From NCBI GenBank assembly GCA_012719195.1, contig JAAYAV010000389.1, positions 1 to 32,719 on the forward strand: 32,719 bases of DNA, given 5' to 3'. The stretch is from Anaerolineae bacterium (GTDB lineage Bacteria; Chloroflexota; Anaerolineae; DRVO01). Under the pieces are notes generated by a model. That model was not told where the DNA came from, searched no databases, and saw only the letters and a program-made list of their open reading frames with translations. The translations under genes were made by a program, and so were the position numbers. Below, piece after piece: positions 7,515 through 15,998 of this stretch; the first letter of the stretch is position 1; each line of letters begins with the position of its first letter.

Positions 7515-10337
7515 ATGCCTCGCGAATACGTCGCCGTCGACCTGGAGACCACCGGACTGGACCCGCAGTACGACAGCATCATCGAAGTGGGCGCAGTCCG
7601 CTTCAGTGACAGCGGCCCCGGTCCCACCTTCTCATCGCTGGTGAGCCCCGGACGGTTGGTGCCCGCCAAGATCCAGCACCTCACCGGGATCACCAACGAG
7701 GACCTCTCCCACGCGCCCGCCGCCACTGATGTGATGAGGCGCCTGGCGGACTTCGTCGGCCGCGACCCGGTGGTCGGCCACAACATCGGCTTCGACATCT
7801 CCTTCCTGGCCCGTTTCGGCGTGGCGCAGCGGAACCGCCGCCTGGACACCTTCGAGATCTCGACGATCCTTATGCCCCACATGGCCCGTCACAGCCTCCA
7901 GCACTTGGTGGGCGAGTTGCACCTGTCGTCCGACAGCGCTCACCGAGCACTCGACGATGCCCAAGCCTCGATGCGGCTCTTTCAGGCGTTACGCGAAGCC
8001 GCTCTGGCGCTTCCGGTCACCATCCTCGACCAGATCGTTGAGCTGGGGCGGAAGAGCGCCTGGGAGCAGGCCGCCTTCTTCGAGGACGTCCTGCGGGAGC
8101 AGAACCGCCGGCCGGCGAGCAACAGCATCGCGCAGCAGCTCGCTGCCAAAGGGGGCCTGTCCGCATCCGGACTACTGGCAGAGGCACCACCCCTGGGTGG
8201 CGGCATCGGTGAGCCGGTGCGCCCCCCGACCGCGCTCGATACGCTCGGTCTGATCGCCGACCTGGAGCCGGGCGGCAGAGTGGCCGCGGCGATGAACGCT
8301 TACGAGCACCGTCCGCAACAGCTCGACATGCTCGACGCCGTCTGCGAAGCCTTCAACGACGGGGAGCACCTCGTCGTCGAGGCGGCCACCGGCGTGGGCA
8401 AGTCCCTGGCCTACCTCCTACCGGCACTGACTTGGGCGCGGGTCAACCACGATCGAGTGGTGGTATCGACGCACACCATCAACCTCCAGGAGCAGCTGTT
8501 CAGCAAGGACGTCCCCCAACTGGCGCAGGCGCTCGGCGGCCGCCCCTCGGTGGCCATACTCAAGGGGCGCAACAACTACCTTTGCCCGGCCCGCCTGCGG
8601 ACGCTGACCAACCGCCCCAGCCACTCACCGGAGCAGGCCCTCGCTCTGGCGAAGATCATGGTGTGGGCTCCCACTACCGCCACCGGCGATCGGTCCGAGC
8701 TGTTCCTCAACACGGCCCCGGAGCGGTCCCTCTGGTCGCAGATCGCCTCCGACAACTCCTGGTGCAGCGGGGAGGCCTGCCGCTTCCGCCAGCGCGGGGG
8801 CTGCTACTACCAGCGCGCCCGACAACTGGCCCAGCAGTCGGAGTTGGTCATCGTCAACCACTCCCTCCTGAGCCTGGACGTCTGCCAGGGCACCGAGAGC
8901 CTCCCGGAGTTCGAGCACTTGGTCATCGACGAGGCTCATCACTTCCAGAACGCCTGCACCAACGCTCTGCGCCTGGACCTGACCGTCAGCCAGATCACTG
9001 ACATCCTGCGAAGCCTCTCGTCAACGGAGCGGGGCGCGAATGGTGGCGCCATCGGCAGGGTGCGCGCGGCGCTCGCGCGCTCGAGGCAGGGGGCCACCGA
9101 AGGGGTGCTCGCCTGTACCCGCCTCACCGAGGCGCTGGGAGCCCTGGAGCCGCGGCTCGATGCGGCTGCCACTCACCTGGATCACTGTGCCGGCGCCTTA
9201 CTGAGCGCCTCCGCCAACGGGTTCACGCAGCAGCGTCGCATCACCGAGTCGGAGCGCAACACCGCCGAGTGGGCCGGACTGGCGGAGACCTGGAAGGACA
9301 CCGCCGAGTCGGCCGGCCGTGTGGCGCGCCTGCTGGAGGAGGTCCGCAAGAGCGCTGCCGGCCTGTCACTCAACGAGGCCCTGTCCGAATCCGTACAGGC
9401 CATCGCGGCCGGTGCGATGCAGTTGCGCGAGTCGGTGGCCGGCTTCAGCCGGGCCATCTTGGAGCCGGCCGCAGGAGAGGTCTACTGGCTCTCCAGCCGA
9501 GAGGGCCAGGAAGTCTCCCTGCACTCCGCTCCAGTGAGCGTCGCCGACAGCTTGGCGGAGTCGCTGTTCGCCACTAAGCGCACCGTCATCATGACCTCGG
9601 CCACTCTCACCACGGCTGGGTCGTTCGGCTACTTCCAGGAGCAGATGGGCCTGGAATCGGTCCGCACCGTCACGGTGGGCTCACCCTTCGACTTCCGCAA
9701 CGCCGCCCTCGTCTGCGTGGCCCGCGACGTGCCGGAGCCGCGTCAGCCTGGGCACCAGCGGGCCGTCGAGGAGTACGTCCTGCGCCTGGCCCGAGCCACC
9801 GGCGGCCGGTTGATGGCCCTTTTCACCTCGTATAGCCAGTTGCGCCAGACCACCAGAGCCCTGGCGGGCGCACTGGAGGACGAGGGCATACTCCTCTACT
9901 CGCAGTCCGAGGGCGGCAGCCGGAACCAGCTACTGGAAGGATTCAAGTCCTCGAAGCGTGCAGTGCTTCTGGGCACGCGCTCTTTCTGGGAAGGCGTTGA
10001 CGTCCCGGGCGATGCCCTCCAGTGCCTGGTGATGGCCAAGCTCCCCTTCCTGGTGCCGGATGACCCGGTGGTCTCCGCTCGGCGGGAGCAGTACCTCGAT
10101 TCGTTCGGCGAGTACTTGCTCCCTGAGGCCATCCTCACCTTCAGGCAAGGGTTTGGGCGGCTGATCCGCACCCAGTCCGATCAGGGAGCATTCGTCATTC
10201 TGGATAGCCGCGTGCGTAGCAAAGCCTACGGGACCCAGTTCCTCCAGTCCTTGCCCGACTGCTCCTTCCTGGACGGCACCATCGACTCCATCCCGACGCA
10301 GGTGGTCGGGTGGCTGAGCGGCGGGGATCCGAGGTAG
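7515..10337 (+). CDS. dinG: DinG-family (XPD-like) helicase fused to an N-terminal DnaQ/epsilon-like 3'-5' exonuclease domain
   Basis: Exo motifs VAVDLETTGL, GHNIGFDISFL and HRALDDAQ. Walker A is EAATGVGKSLAYLLP and the DEAH box is VIDEAHH. There is a four-Cys cluster (C357, C417, C422, C430; 8583-8804). Length of 940 aa is typical of exo-DinG fusions. Confidence 0.9.
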   Translation: MPREYVAVDLETTGLDPQYDSIIEVGAVRFSDSGPGPTFSSLVSPGRLVPAKIQHLTGITNEDLSHAPAATDVMRRLADFVGRDPVVGHNIGFDISFLARFGVAQRNRRLDTFEISTILMPHMARHSLQHLVGELHLSSDSAHRALDDAQASMRLFQALREAALALPVTILDQIVELGRKSAWEQAAFFEDVLREQNRRPASNSIAQQLAAKGGLSASGLLAEAPPLGGGIGEPVRPPTALDTLGLIADLEPGGRVAAAMNAYEHRPQQLDMLDAVCEAFNDGEHLVVEAATGVGKSLAYLLPALTWARVNHDRVVVSTHTINLQEQLFSKDVPQLAQALGGRPSVAILKGRNNYLCPARLRTLTNRPSHSPEQALALAKIMVWAPTTATGDRSELFLNTAPERSLWSQIASDNSWCSGEACRFRQRGGCYYQRARQLAQQSELVIVNHSLLSLDVCQGTESLPEFEHLVIDEAHHFQNACTNALRLDLTVSQITDILRSLSSTERGANGGAIGRVRAALARSRQGATEGVLACTRLTEALGALEPRLDAAATHLDHCAGALLSASANGFTQQRRITESERNTAEWAGLAETWKDTAESAGRVARLLEEVRKSAAGLSLNEALSESVQAIAAGAMQLRESVAGFSRAILEPAAGEVYWLSSREGQEVSLHSAPVSVADSLAESLFATKRTVIMTSATLTTAGSFGYFQEQMGLESVRTVTVGSPFDFRNAALVCVARDVPEPRQPGHQRAVEEYVLRLARATGGRLMALFTSYSQLRQTTRALAGALEDEGILLYSQSEGGSRNQLLEGFKSSKRAVLLGTRSFWEGVDVPGDALQCLVMAKLPFLVPDDPVVSARREQYLDSFGEYLLPEAILTFRQGFGRLIRTQSDQGAFVILDSRVRSKAYGTQFLQSLPDCSFLDGTIDSIPTQVVGWLSGGDPR

Positions 10338-10386
10338 AATGTTGGGTTGGGCAGCGGCCCCATACTAGTCTTGGAGGCAAGACCCG

Positions 10387-10944
10387 TTGATATCAGTGAC
10401 CGAGCTACGTCGAGGGACCGTCTTCGAGATGGATGGTGCGCTCTACCGCGTCCTCGATTACCACCACAGCAAGCCGGCGCGAGGCAACGCCTACATCCGC
10501 ACCAAGATCCGTGACGTGCGGTCCGGCGCCACCCTGGAACGCACCTTCGTCTCCGGTGATCGCGTGCAGGACGTTAGGCTCGACCATCGCACCGTCCAGT
10601 ACCTGTACAACGACGGTGCCTTCTACCACTTCATGGATGTGGACTCCTTCGAACAGCTCACCCTCTCCAAGGAGACGCTCGGGGACGTGGTCAGCTACCT
10701 GGTGGAGAACAACACTCTAGACCTTTCGTCGTACGACGGTGAGCCGCTGGATGTGGAACTGCCGATCACTGTCGATCTGGAAGTGGTTCACACCGAGCCC
10801 GGCTTCCGGGGTGACACGGCCAACGCGGCGAACAAGCCCGCCACCCTCAGCACCGGTCTGGTCGTGCAGGTACCGCTCTTCGTCCAGGTGGGCGACGTCA
10901 TCCGCGTCGATACCCGCGACGGCTCCTACCTAACGCGCGTCTAG
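10387..10944 (+). CDS. efp: Translation elongation factor P
   Basis: Full-length match to the EF-P pattern (MISVTELRRG..., YLYNDGAFYHFMD, KPATLSTGLVVQVPLFVQVGDVIRVDTRDGSYLTRV). TTG start at 10387 with GGAGG 9 nt upstream. Confidence 0.95.
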   Translation: MISVTELRRGTVFEMDGALYRVLDYHHSKPARGNAYIRTKIRDVRSGATLERTFVSGDRVQDVRLDHRTVQYLYNDGAFYHFMDVDSFEQLTLSKETLGDVVSYLVENNTLDLSSYDGEPLDVELPITVDLEVVHTEPGFRGDTANAANKPATLSTGLVVQVPLFVQVGDVIRVDTRDGSYLTRV

Positions 10945-10948
10945 TAGC

Positions 10949-12337
10949 GTGTTCGACCAAGGCGCCACCCCTGCCCCGCCATACCTCACCGTAGGCCAGA
11001 TTACCGCCCACTTGCGGTCGGTACTGCTGCGGGACGACATCCTGCAGGACATCTGGGTGCGTGGTGAAGCGTCTGGGGTGACGCTGTCGCGGGGCGGCCA
11101 CCTCTTCTTCACCCTGAAGGACAGCGATGCTCTGATCAAGGCGGTGGCCTGGGCTCCGCTCTCCCGCCGCCTGCACGCCAAGTTACGCGACGGCCAGGAA
11201 GTGCTCGCTCACGGGCGGGTGGACCTCTACCCGCCGCAAGGGGTGTACCAGCTCTACGTGACCGAGGTGCTTCCGGTGGGCACTGGCGTGGCCTACCTGG
11301 AGTTCGAACGCGTGCGCGCCATCCTGGACGCTGAGGGGCTGTTCAGTGAGGAGCGAAAGCGCCCCCTACCCCGCTACCCAACACGCATCGGCGTCGTGAC
11401 CTCGGCGTATGGTGCGGCGCGGCGCGATATCGAGAACGTCCTCTCGCAGCGCTGGCCCGCCGCCGAGATGGTCCTGGCGGGCGCGCAAGTGCAGGGCGAG
11501 GGAGCGCCGGCAAGCCTGATAGCCGGGCTGGAGCTGGTGGCCGCAGCCGGTGCGGACGTGGTCATACTGGGGCGCGGCGGCGGCGACGTGGAGTCGCTCT
11601 CCTGCTTCAACGATGAGAGCTTGGCGCGAGCGATCGTGGCCATGCCCATGCCCGTGGTCACCGGCATCGGTCACGAGACCGACTTCACCATCGCGGACTT
11701 CGTAGCCGATCTGCGATCCCCCACGCCGTCGGCGGCAGCCATGGCCGTGGTACCGGATCGGGTAGAGGTGGCGGCGACGATCAGCGCCCTGGAGCGGCGA
11801 ATGAGCCGCGCTGTCGGAGGCGTTGTCGGCGATCTGCGGGACGAGGTGATGCAGCAGATAAGGCTACTCTCGCGGTCCTCACCGGAGTTCGTCGTCAGCA
11901 CCGGCCGGCAAAGGCTCGACGAAGCGACCACCAGGCTCATCAGGGCCGGCACCAGCCTGACGATCGGTAGGCGCGCCGACGCGATCGGCTTGGCCGCGCG
12001 CATGCGGGCCCAGACGCCGCCCGTGGAACGACATCGGGAGCAGCTGGCCTGGGCTGCCTCGCGCCTGGGGCAGGTCGTCCGGCGAAACCTGGTAGACACC
12101 CGGGGTCGGCTGGGCCAGACAGCCGCCCAGATGGCGTCGCTGGACCCAGAGAAGACGCTGCGCCGAGGCTACTCGGTGGTGCTGGCGGGAGACCTCACGG
12201 GGCCGGTGGTTAGCGACGCCTCCCAGGTCTCAGCTGGTGAGCACGTGGCCATTCGCTTCAGCCGGGGGAGCGCCGCCGCACGTGTGGTTACGACGGCTCC
12301 AGACGGCAGTTCAAGGAGTGATGAAGTTGGCAAGTGA
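10949..12337 (+). CDS. xseA: Exodeoxyribonuclease VII large subunit
   Basis: N-terminal OB-fold pattern (VGQITAHLRSVL...IWVRGEASGVTLSRGGHLFFTLKDSDALIKAVAW), catalytic core GRGGGDVESLSCFNDE and a long coiled-coil tail. GTG start lies 4 nt after the efp stop. Confidence 0.9.
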   Translation: MFDQGATPAPPYLTVGQITAHLRSVLLRDDILQDIWVRGEASGVTLSRGGHLFFTLKDSDALIKAVAWAPLSRRLHAKLRDGQEVLAHGRVDLYPPQGVYQLYVTEVLPVGTGVAYLEFERVRAILDAEGLFSEERKRPLPRYPTRIGVVTSAYGAARRDIENVLSQRWPAAEMVLAGAQVQGEGAPASLIAGLELVAAAGADVVILGRGGGDVESLSCFNDESLARAIVAMPMPVVTGIGHETDFTIADFVADLRSPTPSAAAMAVVPDRVEVAATISALERRMSRAVGGVVGDLRDEVMQQIRLLSRSSPEFVVSTGRQRLDEATTRLIRAGTSLTIGRRADAIGLAARMRAQTPPVERHREQLAWAASRLGQVVRRNLVDTRGRLGQTAAQMASLDPEKTLRRGYSVVLAGDLTGPVVSDASQVSAGEHVAIRFSRGSAAARVVTTAPDGSSRSDEVGK

Positions 12338-12620
12338 TTCGCTTAGTACCGCACCCGGACTCGGCTTCGAGGAAGCTTACGGGCAGTTGCAGGAAGTGGT
12401 CGAGCGCCTGGAGAAGGGAAACCTGCCACTGGACGAGAGCCTAGCCCTATTCGAGCAGGGTACACAGCTGGTGCGCCGCTGCTCCGCGGTGCTCGGAGAA
12501 GCGGAGCTGAAGGTGAACCTGCTGACGGCCGACCTGGAGGCGGACCTGAACCAGGAGCGCCGCCGGGCAGCCACGTTCGGCCTCGCCGAGGATGAGGCAG
12601 GCGACGAAGACAGCGAGTAG
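12321..12620 (+). CDS. xseB: Exodeoxyribonuclease VII small subunit
   Basis: FEEAYGQLQEVVERLEKGNLPLDESLALFEQGTQLVRRC is the XseB signature. ATG at 12321 is preceded by AAGGAG (12313-12318) and overlaps the xseA 3' end by 17 nt. The track start at 12237 is rejected. Confidence 0.85.
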   Translation: MKLASDSLSTAPGLGFEEAYGQLQEVVERLEKGNLPLDESLALFEQGTQLVRRCSAVLGEAELKVNLLTADLEADLNQERRRAATFGLAEDEAGDEDSE

Positions 12621-12635
12621 CGCCGGGCCCTCGGC

Positions 12636-14954
12636 CTAGTCTCGCGTCTGCAAGCGTGCCGCCACAACCTGACCCAGCGAGACACACCCGTCGTTGGGCG
12701 GCAGCTGCCGGTGCAGGAGCGGCTCAAGACCGGCCTCGCGCAGCTTCCCCACGCAGAGCGAGGTAAGGAGGCGGTTCTGGAAGCAACCGCCCGAAAGGGC
12801 CACCACCTTCGATCCGGCTGCGCGCGCGACCTCCCCGCCGAGTACCGTCACCATGTCGGCCACGGTGCGGTGGAAGCGTAGAGCGATCTCCTCTGCGGGT
12901 CGTCCGGCGCCCGTATCGGCGAGAACCGCACCCAGCAGCGCCCCCAGCTCGATTACACCGTCCTTCGCGTACCACTCGTACCCGCCCTCGCTGTCGCTAT
13001 CCGCTACCCTTTCCGCCAGCGTCTGCAGGCGGATGGCAGCTTGGGCCTCGTAGGTCACCTCGCCGGAGAGGCCTAGCAGGCCCGCCACCACATCGAACAG
13101 CCTACCCATGCTGGAGGTTGAGACTGTGCTCGGGCTGTGCAGCCCGACGGCGAGCAGATCCAGCTCCCAGTCGGCCAGGTGTGCCAGGGCTGGCAGCGAC
13201 CGGACCTGGTCCCCCAGGTCGAGCGCCATCAGGTAGGTAGCGGCGAGTCGGTCCACCCGCCGTACACCGGCGTCTCCGCCCACCAGGGGAACGTACTGCA
13301 GGTGGTAGTTGCGCTCCACCTGGCCGCCGCTCACCGTCAGCCACTCGCCACCCCAGATGCGCCCGTCTGTCCCGTAGCCGGTGCCGTCGAGGATCACTGC
13401 CGGCACGGAGCGGGACAGCAGGTCGGGGTCATTCTCGAGCAGGCAACTGAGGGCGTGAGCATGGTGGTGCTGAACCGGAACCAGATCTTGCCCTTCCTGA
13501 GCGGCGCGCTCCAGCGCATAGCGGGTGCTGAAGTAGTCAGGATGGAGATCGTGGGCGATGACGGTGGGCCGGACGGAGAACAGATCCTCGAACTGCACCC
13601 CCACCCGCCGGAAGTGATCCTCGGCCAGGGCGTTGTCGAGGTCGCCCAGATGCTGGCTCACATAGGCGGAGTCGTCGCGGGCCACCGTGACGGTCGCCTT
13701 CATCTCCGGTCCCACGCCCAGGACCTGTGGGCCCGGGACGGGAAGGACGATGCTTCCGGGAGCGTAGCCACGAGCGCGCCGGACGACTTGGGGCCGCACC
13801 GGACCTGAGGCCCCCGGGCGCATCAGGTCGACCACACTGTCGTCGCAAGGCATCTGGATCGGCCGGTTGTGCATAAGGTAAGCGTCGACGATGGCGCCCA
13901 GCCGGTGGCGGGCCTCGTCGTTGTCCACCGCCAGCGGCTCATCGGAGACGTTGCCGCTGGTCATCACCAGCGGGCGTCCGAACGCGCGGAGAAGGAGCAG
14001 GTGCAGAGGCGTGTAGGGCAGCATCACACCCAGCGAGTCGTGATCGCTGGCAAGGCGCGGGCTGAGCCGGGAACGGCGGTCGTGTCGGAGCGGTAGTAGC
14101 ACGATAGGGGCCGCCGGGGAGGACAGCAGGGCGGCCGCACCGCTCTCTAGTCGGCAGTGCTCCCGAACTACGTCCTCGTCGAGCATCATCACCGCGAGGG
14201 CCTTGTGAGGGCGACGCTTGCGCTCGCGGAGGAGCGACACCGCCCTATCGTTGGTGGCGTCCACCGCCACATGGAAGCCTCCCAGCCCTTTGACCGCCAG
14301 CGCCTCGCCTCGCCGTAGCACCTCGGCCGCCCGCTCGATCACTTCGGCAGCCGGCCCGTGCGTGGCGGCGCCGCCGCGCTCCAACCATATCTGCGGTCCG
14401 CACACCGGGCAGGCCACCGGCTGAGCATGAAAGCGCCGGTCACCGGGGTCCTCGTACTGGCCCCGGCAGTAGTCGCACAGTGGGAACGCCTTCATGGTGG
14501 TGTTGGGGCGATCGTAAGGCACCCGCTCAATGATGGTGTAGCGGGGGCCGCAGTCGGTGCAGTTGATGAAGGGGTAGAGGTAGCGCCGATCGGCGTCGTC
14601 CAGGAGCTCGGCGCGGCAGGCGGCGCAGATCGCCACATCCGGGCTCACCGGCTGGTGACCGCCCACGCCGGCGCTGGCTCGAATGCTGAACTCCCTCGCC
14701 CCGCTGACGCCAACCTCGCGCTCCTCCAGGCGGTCAAGGTGGGCGAGCGGGGGCAGTTCAGACACCAGGCGTTCGCGGAACCGGGCCACCGCCTCTGCCG
14801 ATCCCTCGACCACGATGGTCACGTCACCCGAGCGGTTCTGCACCCAGCCGGTCAAGCGCATTTCCTCGGCCAGCCGGTAGACGTAGGGCCGAAAGCCCAC
14901 GCCTTGAACCGTGCCTCGTACGGTGATCTGGAGCGCTTTAGCCCCGTCGGTCAC
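12636..14954 (-). CDS. hypF: [NiFe]-hydrogenase maturation carbamoyltransferase HypF
   Basis: Acylphosphatase domain (VRGTVQGVGFRPYVYRLA), two CxxC...CxxC zinc-finger pairs, a YrdC-like domain and a Kae1-like domain. 772 aa. GTG start overlaps the hypB 3' end by 17 nt. Confidence 0.95.
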   Translation of the reverse strand: MTDGAKALQITVRGTVQGVGFRPYVYRLAEEMRLTGWVQNRSGDVTIVVEGSAEAVARFRERLVSELPPLAHLDRLEEREVGVSGAREFSIRASAGVGGHQPVSPDVAICAACRAELLDDADRRYLYPFINCTDCGPRYTIIERVPYDRPNTTMKAFPLCDYCRGQYEDPGDRRFHAQPVACPVCGPQIWLERGGAATHGPAAEVIERAAEVLRRGEALAVKGLGGFHVAVDATNDRAVSLLRERKRRPHKALAVMMLDEDVVREHCRLESGAAALLSSPAAPIVLLPLRHDRRSRLSPRLASDHDSLGVMLPYTPLHLLLLRAFGRPLVMTSGNVSDEPLAVDNDEARHRLGAIVDAYLMHNRPIQMPCDDSVVDLMRPGASGPVRPQVVRRARGYAPGSIVLPVPGPQVLGVGPEMKATVTVARDDSAYVSQHLGDLDNALAEDHFRRVGVQFEDLFSVRPTVIAHDLHPDYFSTRYALERAAQEGQDLVPVQHHHAHALSCLLENDPDLLSRSVPAVILDGTGYGTDGRIWGGEWLTVSGGQVERNYHLQYVPLVGGDAGVRRVDRLAATYLMALDLGDQVRSLPALAHLADWELDLLAVGLHSPSTVSTSSMGRLFDVVAGLLGLSGEVTYEAQAAIRLQTLAERVADSDSEGGYEWYAKDGVIELGALLGAVLADTGAGRPAEEIALRFHRTVADMVTVLGGEVARAAGSKVVALSGGCFQNRLLTSLCVGKLREAGLEPLLHRQLPPNDGCVSLGQVVAARLQTRD

Positions 14955-15603
14955 GGATGGTCTGCGATTGCAGCCAGTCTACCCAGGCGTCCACGCCCCC
15001 ACCGGTGCGAGCCGACAGCCGGAAGAGAGGCGCGACGCCGTTCAGCTTGCGCAGCCCCGCCTCGTACCGAGCGTCGTCGAAGCCGATGAAAGGGGCCACG
15101 TCCCACTTGCTGATGACGACCGCCTCAGCCGTGCGGAAGACAGCCGGGTACTTCACCGGCTTGTCGTCACCCTCCGGCGTGCTTGAGACGACCACGCGCA
15201 GGTGCTCTCCCAGGGGGACGCCTGCCGGGCACACGAGGTTACCTACATTCTCAATGAACAGGATGTCGGTGGCAGACAGGTCAATCTCCTCGAGAGCGGC
15301 GGTCAGCATGTCGGCTCGGAGGTGGCACGCTCCACCGGTATTGATCTGTACGGCGGCGAAACCGGCCTCCTCGACCAGCGTGGCGTCAATGTCGCCGGCC
15401 ACGTCACCCTCCACCACCGCGCTCCGCAGGCCGGGCGCCAGTCGCCGGGCCGTCTCGACGATGAGAGTGGTCTTGCCCGCCCCCGGAGAGGCCATTACGT
15501 TCACCGCCAGCACGCCCGCCTCGTCCAGCCGCTTGCGGTTCTCGTCGGCTATCTGCCGCCCGGCCGCCATAACTGCCCGACCCACTTCGATGACCTTCGC
15601 CAC
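14938..15603 (-). CDS. hypB: Hydrogenase nickel-incorporation GTPase HypB
   Basis: P-loop MASPGAGKTTLI, GGACHL and ENVGNLVCPA metal/G-domain motifs, and SKWD. GTG start with AGGAG upstream. It lacks an N-terminal CxxCGC or His-rich stretch. Confidence 0.95.
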   Translation of the reverse strand: MAKVIEVGRAVMAAGRQIADENRKRLDEAGVLAVNVMASPGAGKTTLIVETARRLAPGLRSAVVEGDVAGDIDATLVEEAGFAAVQINTGGACHLRADMLTAALEEIDLSATDILFIENVGNLVCPAGVPLGEHLRVVVSSTPEGDDKPVKYPAVFRTAEAVVISKWDVAPFIGFDDARYEAGLRKLNGVAPLFRLSARTGGGVDAWVDWLQSQTIRDRRG

Positions 15604-15612
15604 CCTGCTCTC

Positions 15613-15954
15613 CTACTCCACCTCAATCGACTCGACCCGGAACTCTTCGCCCGCCAGCAGCAATGCCTGAACGCTACCGCACCGCGGACAGGTTAGGTCC
15701 CGCTCCGCGGGGCGGTAGACGTGCTCACACGCCCAACAGCGAGCCTCCGCGGGCAGCCGCCGCCAGGCTAGCGTCGCTCCCTCGGCGATTGTCCCGGTGG
15801 TGACGAACCCCCAGTAGAACTCGACAGCGTCTGCCACTATGGAAGCCAACTCCCCGAGCGCCAGGTTCACGACAGTCACCTTCGTGGCACCGGCACGCCC
15901 GGCCTCGTCGAGCACGAGCTTCAATACACTTTCGGTTACGCCCAGTTCATGCAT
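15613..15954 (-). CDS. hypA: Hydrogenase nickel-insertion metallochaperone HypA
   Basis: N-terminal MHE nickel motif and C-terminal CWAC...CPRC zinc site. 113 aa, ending 9 nt upstream of hypB. Confidence 0.9.
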   Translation of the reverse strand: MHELGVTESVLKLVLDEAGRAGATKVTVVNLALGELASIVADAVEFYWGFVTTGTIAEGATLAWRRLPAEARCWACEHVYRPAERDLTCPRCGSVQALLLAGEEFRVESIEVE

Positions 15955-15958
15955 GGTA

Positions 15959-15988
15959 TTGACTTATCCTGGTCCGGCAGGATAGCAT
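15959..15988 (+). promoter_or_regulatory. Promoter candidate TTGACT-N18-TAGCAT giving a leaderless or near-leaderless mRNA for the recombinase-like gene
   Basis: TTGACT at 15959-15964 and TAGCAT at 15983-15988. The ATG is at 15999, only 10 nt after the -10, and there is no Shine-Dalgarno sequence. Confidence 0.5.
15965..15984. promoter_or_regulatory. Perfect inverted repeat TATCCTG-N6-CAGGATA (operator candidate) inside the hypA / recombinase-like divergent region
   Basis: TATCCTG at 15965-15971 and CAGGATA at 15978-15984. It fills the spacer of the + strand promoter within a 44-bp intergenic region. Confidence 0.35.
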
Positions 15989-15998
15989 AGCAGTCACT

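Noticed and set aside
242-10337. Idea that the YprB-like exonuclease, the Rad52-like protein and exo-DinG form a nucleic-acid defence island
   Set aside because: The three genes are dispersed and on different strands, each with its own promoter. They are interleaved with a secreted protease, a glycosyltransferase and a sugar isomerase. YprB-like and exo-DinG proteins are common housekeeping-context genes.
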